This document shows, in pieces, positions 31,299 through 42,095 of a DNA stretch of 64,000 nt (positions are counted from its first letter, which is position 1; each line of letters opens with the position of its first letter). A program made the translations under genes and the position numbers. The notes beneath the pieces are model-generated. The model made no database searches and was not told the DNA's origin. It worked only from the letters and a program-made list of their open reading frames with translations. Source of the stretch: Methanobacteriota archaeon (GTDB lineage: Archaea > Halobacteriota > Bog-38 > Methanoflorentales > Methanoflorentaceae); the NCBI GenBank assembly GCA_963720465.1, contig OY970393.1, positions 2,016,001 to 2,080,000 on the forward strand, written 5' to 3'.

Positions 31299-31763
31299 CT
31301 ATTGATTCCCAGCTAGTATATAAATAAGTTGTCTGCTACGACATGCTCGGGTGCTGGGCAGAGCATCGTTTCATGCGCTTCACGACCAGGGATACGAATT
31401 TCGAGTGCTTGTGGGATGTGTCTTCGCTGACGTTTGAATCTTAGTAGTCAATCGCGAACGCGTGCTCCGTCGTCTGTGTCGCCTTTCCTTCGTCGACAGT
31501 GAATTTTATCGCTATGCCCATTACTTCATATTGTCCAGCGTTTCGGGAAACAGTTTGAGAACTCTTAAATCTGGCTCGGAAAGCGTTCGATCGCTGCTGT
31601 AACCGGACGCTAATTCGGCGCTTAAATTCAGGTTAACCCCCAAGTTGGGAGGTAATACCGCTGACGCGCATTCATCAGTCCGCACTAAAGGCGCCCCGTA
31701 TGACGTGGCTATGTCGCCGCCGTTTTTCGATACCTTTAATTCGTAGGAACATAAGTGCTACTT

Positions 31764-32033
31764 ATGGACCGAGAGGTTGTTGTCTCCGTAAGCGTGCGAG
31801 CTGTTGGCCATGATCAAGAAACATCGACGCTCGAGATTGAGTTTTGCGATTCAAGCATCTACCAGTATGCTCCTGTCTCCGAAGAAATTTACAACGGTCT
31901 CATGAATTCGCTCGGGTCTAACCTCGAAAAAACTGATTTGAGGTACTTTACCGCACACATCAAGGGGAAGTATCGGCAGAAAACCATTCGGAGGTCACGG
32001 CTCAATCTCTTTAAAGGCATTTTAGACACGTAA
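31764..32033 (+). CDS. KTSC-domain protein
   Basis: S.SVRAVGHD..TLEIEF..IYQY..V..IYNGLM. Confidence 0.8.
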   Translation: MDREVVVSVSVRAVGHDQETSTLEIEFCDSSIYQYAPVSEEIYNGLMNSLGSNLEKTDLRYFTAHIKGKYRQKTIRRSRLNLFKGILDT

Positions 32034-32092
32034 GCAGTTGCGCCGTCGTCTCTGCAGTTTTGAAAGTCATCGATCGCAGCGAGTAGTCCCGC

Positions 32093-33681
32093 CTACCGGA
32101 GTGCTTTGGTCATATACGGACCTTCCCTAGCGTAGCCTTTGCTGCGATAGTACTCGCGTATCCGACCGCGCTGGTTATCGCGATCTTGCGCCTCCCGAAA
32201 TCAGCTGCGATGCATTCAGCGGTTCGAAGCAGTTCAGCCCCAAATCCGCGGTGTTGCCACTTTTCCTCGTGCCGCTCCCCAAGCGCAGCCAAGTTCCCGT
32301 ATACGTGCAGCTCTCTGATCAGCGCCGTTTCATTTGTAATCTCGGGCCTATCAGAAGTGTGCGGAATCCTTAGTCTTGCGAAGCCGATAAGGAACTCCAA
32401 ATCGCCACGTAAGCCGACGCTTGAAATAAAGTACTCAACGCCCTTACATGCCCTGTATTTTTCAATCCGTTGTTCGACGGCTTCAACGTTGGTAATGCCT
32501 TGGAGTCCAACCTCTCGACATCGTATGCAGTTACATTCGCCCCCTAGTTCGCGCAAACGCTTTTTGGCTAGTTGTCGCAAGTTGCCCTTTTTGACGCCGT
32601 CGACGATTCGGTGAGCTGGGATATCTCTCTGCACCCTCTGGAGCCTCACCCATTTGGGGACCTCTGCTTTGACTTGCGCGATCAGTTCAACGGCATCGCG
32701 AAGATCAAAGGCATCGTACTCTCCCCTTTTCCACAAGTCGTATAACGGGGTGCCCTCCGTCACAAGCGTCGGATATATCTTGAGGTAGTCCGGGCAGAAT
32801 CGTTCGTCGATGAATAAGTCTCTAAACATCTTAAGATCAGAATCAAAATCTGAGCCCGGAAGTCCGGGCATAATGTGGAACCCGACCTTCAATCCGCTAT
32901 CGCGGCACGCCCTATTTGCTTCAACAGCAGCGGCAACGCTATGTCCTCGCTCCATAGTGGCGAGGATTCGATCGGAGGTACTCTGAAGGCCGAGCTCGAC
33001 TTTAGTCGCTCCAAGGGACAACATTCCATCGACGTGATGCCGTTTTGCAAAATCTGGCCGGGTTTCAAACGTGATGCCAACGTCTCTCGTCGATGCGTGC
33101 TCATTTGCCGTGAACACCTGGTCTAATTCGTGAGACTCGCCGAGCGCGCGAGGAAAATCGTTCATTGCTTGTATGCAACGTCGCACAAACCACTCTTGAT
33201 AATCGCCGGGACGTGCGGTAAAGGTGCCCCCCATAACGATCAGTTCTGCCTTGTCAGTGGGATGTCCAGTCTGACGCAACTGGTTGAGACGGGCTTTTAC
33301 CTGCCTGTATGGATCAAACCCGTGTTGGATAGCACGCATTGCAGCGGGCTCAAGACCAGTGTAGCTTTGAGGCACGCTGAATTCAGGGCCACCGGGACAC
33401 GGCACGCATTTGCCGTGCGGACACGGATAAGGGGAAGTCATCACGGCTATGACAGCAACGCCGGAGGCCGTTCTCACGGGCTTCCGCTGTAGCACGTCGA
33501 CCACTTTACGCCGAATTGGGGCCCGTGCAGTTCCGTAGATTTGCGCGTTAGTCAGCAACGAGGACAGATGGTAGCGTCGTGCTACCGCTATTTTTGCTGC
33601 CTGCAAGTTCGCGCGCGTGACCTCGCCTGTGAGAATGCCCTCGATGATTTCCACACAGGCGTCAGTAAGTTGCTGCACCAT
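32093..33681 (-). CDS. elp3: Elp3 tRNA U34 carboxymethyl radical-SAM/KAT enzyme, 1-nt frameshift near 3' end
   Basis: CPHGKCVPC, QSYTG, ETRPD, KIYPT, RELHVYG, QHRGFG; conserved REYYR.KGY..EGPYM tail lies in another frame. Confidence 0.9.
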
Positions 33682-33775
33682 AGACGACCACTGACAGGTA
33701 ATGCGGCCGGTTAATAAAACTCTCGGTAGTCTGCTGCCTTCAGCTTAAGCGTCGTTGCAAAAAAGTTAGAGGCAT

Positions 33776-34327
33776 TTACGCTCCAAGCGAGCTCCAGAGC
33801 TCGTGGTGCGTGAAGCGACTAGGCTCCATTCGCACCGTAGGCTGAGGCGACTCGTCGGGGTATCCGCTCGGCAGCATCAGCACAGGACGAATGTCGAGTG
33901 GTATTTTCAACGCCTGAGAAACACGTTTTTCATCGAACGCACCGATCCAGCACGTTGCAATGCGCAAAGCTTCGGCCGCAAGCTGTACGTAGCAGGCGGC
34001 AATGGTGACGTCTTGGACTGCATAAAGCTCAGCACGCTGTCCATACGCTATGCGCGAGCGCGCAATATTGGCGCAGCCAACGAGCACGATCGGGGCCATC
34101 GCGATAAAGAACTGGCCGTACGCCGCCTCAGCGAGTTCGTGTTTCGTGTTAGGATCACGGACAAGAATGAAGTCCCGTGCTTGCAAGTTGCCAGCGGAAG
34201 GCGCGAGCTGGGCTGCCTTAAGAAGCTTGTCCAACAGCGCGTCGTTAATAGTCTCTCGTCCATACCGTCTCACAGAGCGCCGTCTTTGCATGACGTCCAT
34301 TATGGTGTCGTAGTCGGGGGCGACCAT
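33776..34327 (-). CDS. nitroreductase family protein
   Basis: RRSVRRY, APSAGNLQ, TCWIGAF. Confidence 0.9.
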   Translation of the reverse strand: MVAPDYDTIMDVMQRRRSVRRYGRETINDALLDKLLKAAQLAPSAGNLQARDFILVRDPNTKHELAEAAYGQFFIAMAPIVLVGCANIARSRIAYGQRAELYAVQDVTIAACYVQLAAEALRIATCWIGAFDEKRVSQALKIPLDIRPVLMLPSGYPDESPQPTVRMEPSRFTHHELWSSLGA

Positions 34328-34383
34328 GGAAAAGGGTTATTAGATCAATGCATTATTAATATAACCAAGTTTGGAGTCAGAAC

Positions 34384-34914
34384 ATGAGAATTTCGATGGA
34401 TTTGGAGCTAAAAGACACGCCAGGTCAACTTATGCACGTGTTAACTCCCATTTCCGACCTCGGCGGGAACATCACGAGCGTCGTTCACCACCACGACAAA
34501 AAAACGTTTCGTAATACCGTTCCTGTTTCTGTGATTCTTGAGATTGACGAACAGACGCTTGGGGAACTTCAGGATGGGCTTGAACAAAACGGCGTTACGA
34601 TCGTCCGGGTAGGCAAAATGAGGCTTCGGGCCACGACGCACATCTTGCTCATCGGTCACATAATTCATACCGATTTAAGGGAAACGATCGATGAAATTGA
34701 CGGTACAGGTTTTGCGGAGGTTCAAGACCTCAGTCTGTCAATGCCTGCCATCGACGGCCCGTCGTCAGCGGTTATCACAATAATGGCGACCGGAGATGAG
34801 GAACTGAAGAAGTCAATCGGGATTCTCAGACAGATCGCTGAGCGCAAGGACCTGCTCGTTATCGAACCGCTAGATGAGCGAGGATCACCGGGAGGCACGA
34901 GCAATGGGGAATAG
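34384..34914 (+). CDS. ACT-domain allosteric regulator of homoserine dehydrogenase
   Basis: ELKDTPGQL..GGNITSVVH; LIGHIIHTDL; upstream of hom. Confidence 0.85.
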   Translation: MRISMDLELKDTPGQLMHVLTPISDLGGNITSVVHHHDKKTFRNTVPVSVILEIDEQTLGELQDGLEQNGVTIVRVGKMRLRATTHILLIGHIIHTDLRETIDEIDGTGFAEVQDLSLSMPAIDGPSSAVITIMATGDEELKKSIGILRQIAERKDLLVIEPLDERGSPGGTSNGE

Positions 34915-35878
34915 TCTATCTCCCCTCACACTTTCCATCATTGGATTCGGGGCAATAGGGCAAGGAGTCGCCACCATCGTGCAAAACGTGCCTCAGATAA
35001 AAGTCGTGGCAATCGCCGATTCAAAAGGGGTTGCCCTCATGCCTGATTTAAACGACGTTCTTGCACGTAAACGAGGCGGTCAGCCCATTGCGAACTCTAA
35101 TCTGACGGCGCTCGACGTGATACGCACCATTGACCACGACGTCGTTGTGGAGGTAACTCCTACGAATATCCACGGCGGTGAACCGGGATTAACACACGTG
35201 CGAGAAGCGCTTAAAAACAAGCGAAACGTTGTTACCTCGAACAAAGGGCCACTGGTAGCCGCCTTTGATGAACTGACGCAACTTGCCGATACGAATGGGG
35301 TCGCGCTGCGGTACGAGGCGACCGTCGGCGGCGCAATGCCAATTGTTAACCTCATACGCGACACTCTCGCAGGCGCTCGAGTGCTCGACATACGGGGGGT
35401 ACTGAATGGCACGTGCAATTACATACTCACCCGAATGGCCGAGGAGGCGCTCGATTACGATCAAGTCTTGAGCGAAGCCCAGGATATGGGCATAGCGGAA
35501 GCGGATCCCACGTATGACGTAACAGGCATCGACACGGCCTGTAAGGTTGTCATCCTGGCCAATGCGTTTTTTGGTCGCAGCGCCACTTTCGAGGACGTTG
35601 ACGTAACAGGCATCGATAGCATCACGCAAGATGCGCTGCAACTAGCCCGGCAGAGAGGCTTTGCCGTGAAACTTGTAGGTGACGTCCAAGAGCTTACGGT
35701 CTCGCCCAAGCTGGTTCCGATAGGGCACCCTCTCAACGTTAGCGGCACGTTGAACGCAGCGTCAATTCTAACCGATACCGCCGGCGAAATTACCGTCGCC
35801 GGAAAAGGCGCGGGATCGATAGAGACAGCAAGCGCCATACTGAGTGACATTCTGAGTGTTATGCGAGACCGCGGTTAG
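34904..35878 (+). CDS. hom: homoserine dehydrogenase
   Basis: GFGAIG, VTSNKGP, YEATVGGAMP, LNGTCNYIL, AEADP..D. Confidence 0.95.
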   Translation: MGNSLSPLTLSIIGFGAIGQGVATIVQNVPQIKVVAIADSKGVALMPDLNDVLARKRGGQPIANSNLTALDVIRTIDHDVVVEVTPTNIHGGEPGLTHVREALKNKRNVVTSNKGPLVAAFDELTQLADTNGVALRYEATVGGAMPIVNLIRDTLAGARVLDIRGVLNGTCNYILTRMAEEALDYDQVLSEAQDMGIAEADPTYDVTGIDTACKVVILANAFFGRSATFEDVDVTGIDSITQDALQLARQRGFAVKLVGDVQELTVSPKLVPIGHPLNVSGTLNAASILTDTAGEITVAGKGAGSIETASAILSDILSVMRDRG

Positions 35879-35910
35879 CGTGTTGCAGGTAGGTCGGTTG
35901 CTCGTCAAAA

Positions 35911-37077
35911 TCACTTGTCGCTCAGACTGGACAAACTAGGCTGCTCGAGTGACGGCTGTTGCCCCCTTTTTACGAGCGAAGATATACCAATACCAGTTAA
36001 AGCTACAACGATAGCGCCAGCAATAGAAAACATGAGCAGCTGGAAGCCAGTGACGATCGGGATGCTCCGTGAAGTCTGTATAATGAGGACGTCAGTGGGA
36101 TTGAGGACAGGGACTGGCTTCCCTCCTAGGGCTAGGATGAGTATGCTAGCGCTCCACAAGATCAGACCGGTTGAAAAGATGAAGAAAGGAATCTCCAAGT
36201 ATCGCCACACGTTTTTCGCGTCGTTCAGGTAAGCGTCGATCACCCGGCCTATGCTCGCGATGACCGCTGCGGCCACATACCACCATGCGGTGGTGTTAAT
36301 AAAGGCCGCTGCGGCGAGAACTCCGCCGTAAGCAGCGACACCCAAACCTAAGGTCGTGATGATACCTTGTGCGGTCGCAATGATCGCTAAGGCGATTGCG
36401 ACTATATAGGTCACGAACGAGATACTGCCTCCGTAAAACGAAGACTTCACGCTTTGAGCAACGCCTACGAGAACGTCGTCGAGGCCAAGCCCTCGAAAGA
36501 GAAGATACACGCCAATGACTGCGCTTATCACAATCAAAGCATATTCGGGGTGCTGAGCAAGAGAGAATATCGCAAATAATAATAATATCAGTCCGACAGG
36601 TATGAAAATGGCGTTCGCAATCTTCGGATCTTCGAATAGTTTCTTGATGGTGTAATAGGTACTCTCGAGGCTTTCAGACTGGCGTATGACCACGCGCTTT
36701 ACGCCATCAAGTTTTATCCGGGATTGAACTATAGGGAGAATAAACTCGTCTTCGGCGCCGTCTGAAACGATGATAACGCTGGTCGCTTTGACCTCTTTGA
36801 GCACGAGGTCAAGCTGTTGAGACAGGATCTGATCTGATTTTAAGCCAACGTCTGTATTGCCGGATATGGACGCGATCTGAGCATCTATTCCTTGTGACTT
36901 CAAATCATCATAAACACGGATGCCTTCAAAAATGGCGTTGATATCGGAATCTTCGGGGTCGGTCAATCCGAGCTGTAACGCGGCATTCATGTCGTCAGCT
37001 CGGCCGATAATCGGACCTGGAAGGTGCGCTTTCGACCCCAGATCATCGTCACGATCAATGCACAGGACTAGTTTCAT
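35911..37077 (-). CDS. DUF373 membrane protein
   Basis: LCIDRDDDLG, DPEDSDIN, VSDGAEDE, QSESLESTYY. Confidence 0.88.
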   Translation of the reverse strand: MKLVLCIDRDDDLGSKAHLPGPIIGRADDMNAALQLGLTDPEDSDINAIFEGIRVYDDLKSQGIDAQIASISGNTDVGLKSDQILSQQLDLVLKEVKATSVIIVSDGAEDEFILPIVQSRIKLDGVKRVVIRQSESLESTYYTIKKLFEDPKIANAIFIPVGLILLLFAIFSLAQHPEYALIVISAVIGVYLLFRGLGLDDVLVGVAQSVKSSFYGGSISFVTYIVAIALAIIATAQGIITTLGLGVAAYGGVLAAAAFINTTAWWYVAAAVIASIGRVIDAYLNDAKNVWRYLEIPFFIFSTGLILWSASILILALGGKPVPVLNPTDVLIIQTSRSIPIVTGFQLLMFSIAGAIVVALTGIGISSLVKRGQQPSLEQPSLSSLSDK

Positions 37078-37104
37078 TCTTGCCTATATGGTCGTCGCTA
37101 AAGT

Positions 37105-37965
37105 CTACAGCAGCCCGGAACGCTGGAGCAAGAGGAGATCGTCGGTTTCGAGTTTTTGCCCGTCTTTAAACATTGCGTAGACCTCTTCTGCGCGTTTAAG
37201 CACGTCGACCTTCTCGCGCGATTGGCGGGCTTCTTTGGACCGTTTTTTGAGACTTGATATAATTTTGTCGTAGTCTCTTAACTCCTTTTCCATCTTGATA
37301 TACTTCTGATGCTGTTCGTCCGCACTCTCCTGTGCACGCACGAACTCCTTATGTGCGGCATCCGCCTCAGCTCGTACCTTATCTGCTTCCTTGAAGCACT
37401 TGAGCATCTTTTCGTGGCATTCCTGCGCGCGGTCTGCGTTATCCGTTAGCTCCTTGTGGAATTCACTCGCTTCGTCTCGAAGCTTCCGTGCCTTTTCCAG
37501 TGCCTCCTTGAGTTCGGCGTTATTCTCGAGCTCGACTCGCTTCTTTCTATATTCCTCCCAGAGGTGCGCAATACGTTCGACAAGCTCGCGCTCCTTTTCC
37601 GTGCTTATGACCTCGGTCTGCTGCCTAAACTCAAGATGGTCAATTTCGCGCTTGAGCTCGCCTAGCGACAGGCCGCCTGCGACTCTGAATTTTCTTTTAA
37701 TTTGGTCCGCTTTTGCGAGCAGGTTGTTTGCCGTCTCATTGAGGCTATCGCGTTTCTCCTTGTTCTCAGAAACGAGCTTGTTGTACTCATCGCGCTTGTC
37801 CTTGCTCTGTTGTGCACTATCTATCAGCGCGCGGGTCTTCGCATTCAACTCATCACGTTTCGCAGCGAATTGACTTGCTTCTGTGTTGAGCCGGTTTCGC
37901 TCAAGCTTCGAGGTGTCGGCTTCTTTTTTTAGCAGCGCTTTCTTCTCTTGTAACTCTTTCAGCAT
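37105..37965 (-). CDS. archaeal coiled-coil protein (serB-associated)
   Basis: Heptad-rich; LEFRQQT and DLLLLQR motifs. Confidence 0.85.
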   Translation of the reverse strand: MLKELQEKKALLKKEADTSKLERNRLNTEASQFAAKRDELNAKTRALIDSAQQSKDKRDEYNKLVSENKEKRDSLNETANNLLAKADQIKRKFRVAGGLSLGELKREIDHLEFRQQTEVISTEKERELVERIAHLWEEYRKKRVELENNAELKEALEKARKLRDEASEFHKELTDNADRAQECHEKMLKCFKEADKVRAEADAAHKEFVRAQESADEQHQKYIKMEKELRDYDKIISSLKKRSKEARQSREKVDVLKRAEEVYAMFKDGQKLETDDLLLLQRSGLL

Positions 37966-38647
37966 ACGCCCCTCCCCTGATTACAGGTAATATCAAGCTG
38001 AGATCCTTCTTTGTGATTATGACGTCTGAAATATCGTATAGAATTGGATTTGCGTTGAATGCTATCGAAAACCCCGAAGCTTCAAACATTGAGATGTCGT
38101 TTGCGCCGTCTCCTATAACGATGCAGTCTTTTGGTCGTATTCCCTCCCTCTTAGCAATCGCTTCCAGCGCGTCTTTTTTTGAATTTTGGCGCACTAGCGG
38201 TCCAACAACCTCGCCAGTCAAAACGCCGTCTTCTATGACGAGTTTGTTTGCCACTAGGCAGTCGATTTTGAGTTCTTGAGCTACCCTTTCGGCAACTATC
38301 GTAAAGCCTCCGGAAACCATTGCAACCTTATACTCTTTTTTCAACTCGCGTATGAGCTTTTTAGCCCCTTTCATAAGAGGGATGTTTAAGGCTACCTTGT
38401 TAACCTCCTCCACCCTGAGACCTTTTAAGAGCTTTACGCGTTCTCGTAAAGCCTCTTCAAAATCCATCTCTCCCATCATGGCGCGCTTCGTGAGCGCTGC
38501 CACGAGGTCTCCGACATTGGCAGCTTTGGCTATTTCATCGATTGCCTCAGCATCGATGAGCGTGCCATCCATATCAAAAACGATCAGTATTGCACTTCCG
38601 TTGAAAAATAATCTACCACGCGGGGAATTGATAGGCTCCGAGCTCAT
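37901..38647 (-). CDS. serB: phosphoserine phosphatase
   Basis: [27 protein letters not shown]; start uncertain. Confidence 0.9.
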   Translation of the reverse strand: MSSEPINSPRGRLFFNGSAILIVFDMDGTLIDAEAIDEIAKAANVGDLVAALTKRAMMGEMDFEEALRERVKLLKGLRVEEVNKVALNIPLMKGAKKLIRELKKEYKVAMVSGGFTIVAERVAQELKIDCLVANKLVIEDGVLTGEVVGPLVRQNSKKDALEAIAKREGIRPKDCIVIGDGANDISMFEASGFSIAFNANPILYDISDVIITKKDLSLILPVIRGGAYAERVTREESAAKKRSRHLEA

Positions 38648-39866
38648 GGCTGAAGCAGTATTCGACCTCCTGGTAGTCATTTTTAAACTCTACCACATCT
38701 TTTTTAACCTTTTCGGGTGCCTCGCCGTTCAGCACGCGCGTGATAAGGTTTGCTACGACCCGCATCTCCGCTTCTTTCATCCCGAGTCGCGCAAGCTCTT
38801 GCGTTCCAAATCGCAGTCCTGAGGGATTCTCTGGGGCATTATGATCGTCCCAGGGTAGCAGATTCTTGTTGGCAATGATGTTTGCCTTTTCCAGAGCAAC
38901 CGCCACAGAACTCGCGCGCCCCACGTCCATTACGATTTGATGGGACTCTGTGAAGTCTTTTTCAGGGCATAGCACGTTGAATCCGCTGTTGTACAGCGCC
39001 GCTCCGAGCGCCTTTGCATTTTTGATCGTCTGCTGAGCATACGCTTTCCCGAATTCGAGCATCTCGACGAGCGTGACCGCTAGCCCAGCGACGTGATGCA
39101 GGTGGTGGTTGCTTACGGTACCCGGAAACACTGCCTCATCGATCGCGTCGGCTAGCGCGTTTGTCGAAAAGATGATGCCGCCTTGAGGCCCAGGGAACGT
39201 CTTGTGTGTGGAACCAGTCATTACGTCAACACCTTCTCTAAGCGGGTCCTGAAACTGCTCGCCCGCAATGAGACCAAGAACGTGCGCAGAATCGTACACA
39301 ATTGCCGCGCCAACTTCGCGCGCGGCTTCGCGCGCGTCTTGGATTGGGTGTGGAAAGAGAAATAGACTCGCCCCAAAAAGTATGATTTTGGGTTTCTTTT
39401 CATAAATCGTAGCGATCATCGCATCGCTGTCGATATTCATCTCTTCGTAGTCGAATGGATGTTTCACAATCCTGAGATGACGGATACCCGCAACTGACTT
39501 CGCTCCGTGGCTGATGTGCCCACCGTGCGAAGTATCAAGCGCCATGAGTGCATCATTTGGGTTTGAAAGGGCAAAAAATGCGGCAATGTTTGCGTTTACG
39601 CCAGAGATAGGCTGCACGTTGACGTGCTCGGCCTTGAACAGTTTGAGAGCCAGATCTATTGCGTCCTGTTCCACTTCGTCGATATACTTGACGCCTTGAT
39701 AATACCGGTGGCCGACCGTGCCCTCGGCATATCTGTGAGCAAAGTCGGTAGCCAGAAGCTGGCGCACGGCAGGACTGGTGATGTTCTCACTTGCGATCAA
39801 AGGGAGGGATTCGCTGAACCATTTGTGGTGCTCTCTCACCGATCGCATCACGTCCTCCACGCGCAT
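38613..39866 (-). CDS. glyA: serine hydroxymethyltransferase
   Basis: [33 protein letters not shown]. Confidence 0.95.
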   Translation of the reverse strand: MRVEDVMRSVREHHKWFSESLPLIASENITSPAVRQLLATDFAHRYAEGTVGHRYYQGVKYIDEVEQDAIDLALKLFKAEHVNVQPISGVNANIAAFFALSNPNDALMALDTSHGGHISHGAKSVAGIRHLRIVKHPFDYEEMNIDSDAMIATIYEKKPKIILFGASLFLFPHPIQDAREAAREVGAAIVYDSAHVLGLIAGEQFQDPLREGVDVMTGSTHKTFPGPQGGIIFSTNALADAIDEAVFPGTVSNHHLHHVAGLAVTLVEMLEFGKAYAQQTIKNAKALGAALYNSGFNVLCPEKDFTESHQIVMDVGRASSVAVALEKANIIANKNLLPWDDHNAPENPSGLRFGTQELARLGMKEAEMRVVANLITRVLNGEAPEKVKKDVVEFKNDYQEVEYCFSHELGAYQFPAW

Positions 39867-40021
39867 AGCATCTACAGATTATGCGTGCCTATGATAAACT
39901 TTTCTCATACGGCGCAACCCATAGCAAGATCGAATTCGAGTTTTAAGACTTGAAAAGACGTTACTATTTATATTCGGCATTTGATACGTACGTGCACTAC
40001 ACTGCCTCCTAGTGCTCTAAG

Positions 40022-41671
40022 GTGTTCGCGATTAAACCTCTGCGCAAGTCTCTACTCATTTATGTTGCGGCCACCGTGCTGCTCGTTGTCGTATACAGCT
40101 TTGTCTTCCTTTTCTTGATGGCATCTGCTGAAGGTAGATCTTATACGGCGGTTGACGCGGTATATTGGGTGATCACGACGATGACGACGCAAGGTGTGGG
40201 AGATATCGTCTTCGTGAGCAGTATCGGCAAGATATTTGCTGTGCTTGTGGAGCTCAGCGGAATCGTACTGTTCTTTGCGATCTTGATCCCCATCGTGGTC
40301 GCGCCTGTGCTGCAAAGCGTTCGAGCATCAGTGCCGACGAAGTCAAAGGCCCAGGAGCACGTTTTGATTGTCGGTTATAGTTCTATGGTAGAGACGATTA
40401 TCGAAGAGCTTCACGAGCGGGATTTACCTTACCTCGTCATCGACGGCGACCGTGACGTCGTGCAGGCATTAGTCGAGCGGAAGATTCCCTGCATCTATGG
40501 GGATCCGAGCGATGAGGTGACCCTAAAAAACGCTCAGATAGAGCGCGCAAAGAAACTCGTGCTTAATCAGAGTGACGAAAAGAATGCCATTATAGCGCTT
40601 GTTGCAAAAAAGCTGACGCGAGCGGATATTATCGGACTTGTTGAAGACATGGCGAACGCGGCGTACTTGCTCTATGCGGGTGCTGACAAAGTCGTATCAC
40701 CTAAGCAACTCCTTGGCATCGACATTGGCCATAAAGCCGCAATGCCTATAACGCACCGGCTCATTGGCACCACTCCTTTGATTGGGTCTTTGCGGATTTT
40801 TGAGCTCCCGATTCTTGGGGAAAGCGGCCTCAACGGGTCGTCTATTGAAGACGCCAAGATACGTGAGCGAACTGGAGCGACAGTAATCGCCATATGGAAG
40901 GGCGCCAAACTCAGCTTTAATCCATCTGCTTCGGAAATCATCACAGACACGACAGTCCTCTTGCTCGTCGGCACAAAAAAGCAACTAAACGCAGCAAAGG
41001 AACTCTCAATTTGTTCGCCTGATGGCGCATACTGCGCGATCAGGGGACATTATATAGTTGCAGGATACGGCGACGTCGGAAAAAGGGTGTCCAAAGTTTT
41101 GCGTTCCAACGGCATTGAACACATCATCATCGATAAGCATCAAGGCGATGTGGTTGGTAGCTCTACAGACAGGGCAATCCTAAAACAAGCGGGGATTACC
41201 GAGGCTTCTACACTTCTCGTCACGGTCAATAGTGATACGGATGCTATCTATACAACTCTCGTCGCACGAAAACTTAACCCCCAGATTGATATTATCTGTC
41301 GTGCGATACGCCCGCAAGCAGTTGAGACGTTGTATCAAGCGGGGGCAGACTATGTGCTGTCGCAGTCCGTCGTGGCTGGCCAGGTCTTGGTAAAATTTGT
41401 CGCGCCAAGGCCGCTTGGCGCACAATTGCGGGAGGTCCTGCTCTCAGAGGACATGAAGGTTCTTGAATACCCTCCTGGTCCATCCATTGCGGGAAGAAGT
41501 CTCGAGCATCTGAAGATACGATCGCGCACCGGGTGCACAGTCGTAGCCATCACGACCAGTGGGGCGACCATACCGAACCCGGATCCGCATCAAGTTATCC
41601 CTAAAGACTCTTCTCTGACCGTCATCGGTACACGGGAGCAGATACATGAGTTCAAACGCGTTTTTGGATAA
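40022..41671 (+). CDS. 2TM channel with tandem RCK (TrkA-N/C) domains
   Basis: YWVITTMTTQGVGD pore; GYS and GYGDVG Rossmann motifs; two IRxRTG TrkA-C units. Confidence 0.88.
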   Translation: MFAIKPLRKSLLIYVAATVLLVVVYSFVFLFLMASAEGRSYTAVDAVYWVITTMTTQGVGDIVFVSSIGKIFAVLVELSGIVLFFAILIPIVVAPVLQSVRASVPTKSKAQEHVLIVGYSSMVETIIEELHERDLPYLVIDGDRDVVQALVERKIPCIYGDPSDEVTLKNAQIERAKKLVLNQSDEKNAIIALVAKKLTRADIIGLVEDMANAAYLLYAGADKVVSPKQLLGIDIGHKAAMPITHRLIGTTPLIGSLRIFELPILGESGLNGSSIEDAKIRERTGATVIAIWKGAKLSFNPSASEIITDTTVLLLVGTKKQLNAAKELSICSPDGAYCAIRGHYIVAGYGDVGKRVSKVLRSNGIEHIIIDKHQGDVVGSSTDRAILKQAGITEASTLLVTVNSDTDAIYTTLVARKLNPQIDIICRAIRPQAVETLYQAGADYVLSQSVVAGQVLVKFVAPRPLGAQLREVLLSEDMKVLEYPPGPSIAGRSLEHLKIRSRTGCTVVAITTSGATIPNPDPHQVIPKDSSLTVIGTREQIHEFKRVFG

Positions 41672-41796
41672 CTCTCACGAGGATGCATTAGCAACGCTAG
41701 CACCCTAAAAAGCCGTGTTATCGAATCGAGCGACGTGCATTATCTGCGTCTGTCCGAGACAAAGAGATCGAGCTAAACTGTTCGCTTGCTTGACTC

Positions 41797-41979
41797 CTAG
41801 TGACGTCGAAGCCACGCAGCGACAAAAGTTATCACGAACAATATGACAAATATTGCCACGATAAGCTCAACGGCTCCGAATGCGAGTCCCGCTATCCCGG
41901 CCAGTCCGAGCAAGTACGCAACAGCTGCGATTATCAGAAAAATAATGGCCCAATAGACCAAAGTGCCGCGCCACGCCAT
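41797..41979 (-). CDS. DUF1328 small membrane protein
   Basis: WAIIFLIIAAVA..LG..GIAG. Confidence 0.8.
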   Translation of the reverse strand: MAWRGTLVYWAIIFLIIAAVAYLLGLAGIAGLAFGAVELIVAIFVILFVITFVAAWLRRH

Positions 41980-42095
41980 AATTACGCTTCCACTATTAAA
42001 TCCGCGAAACTGTATATAAGCATTGCCTTATCGATCTTACCTTACCACTCTTATGCGAAAGCGCGCACCCAGGAAGCAAGGATTTGTGCAACAGT

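Noticed and set aside
31617-31697. Possible three-way junction upstream of the KTSC gene
   Set aside because: Short stems; no TPP, fluoride or SAM consensus; could be chance
37901-38680. serB overlaps as a programmed frameshift fusion to the coiled-coil gene
   Set aside because: The downstream gene has its own GGAGG SD and ATG, and no slippery site is apparent
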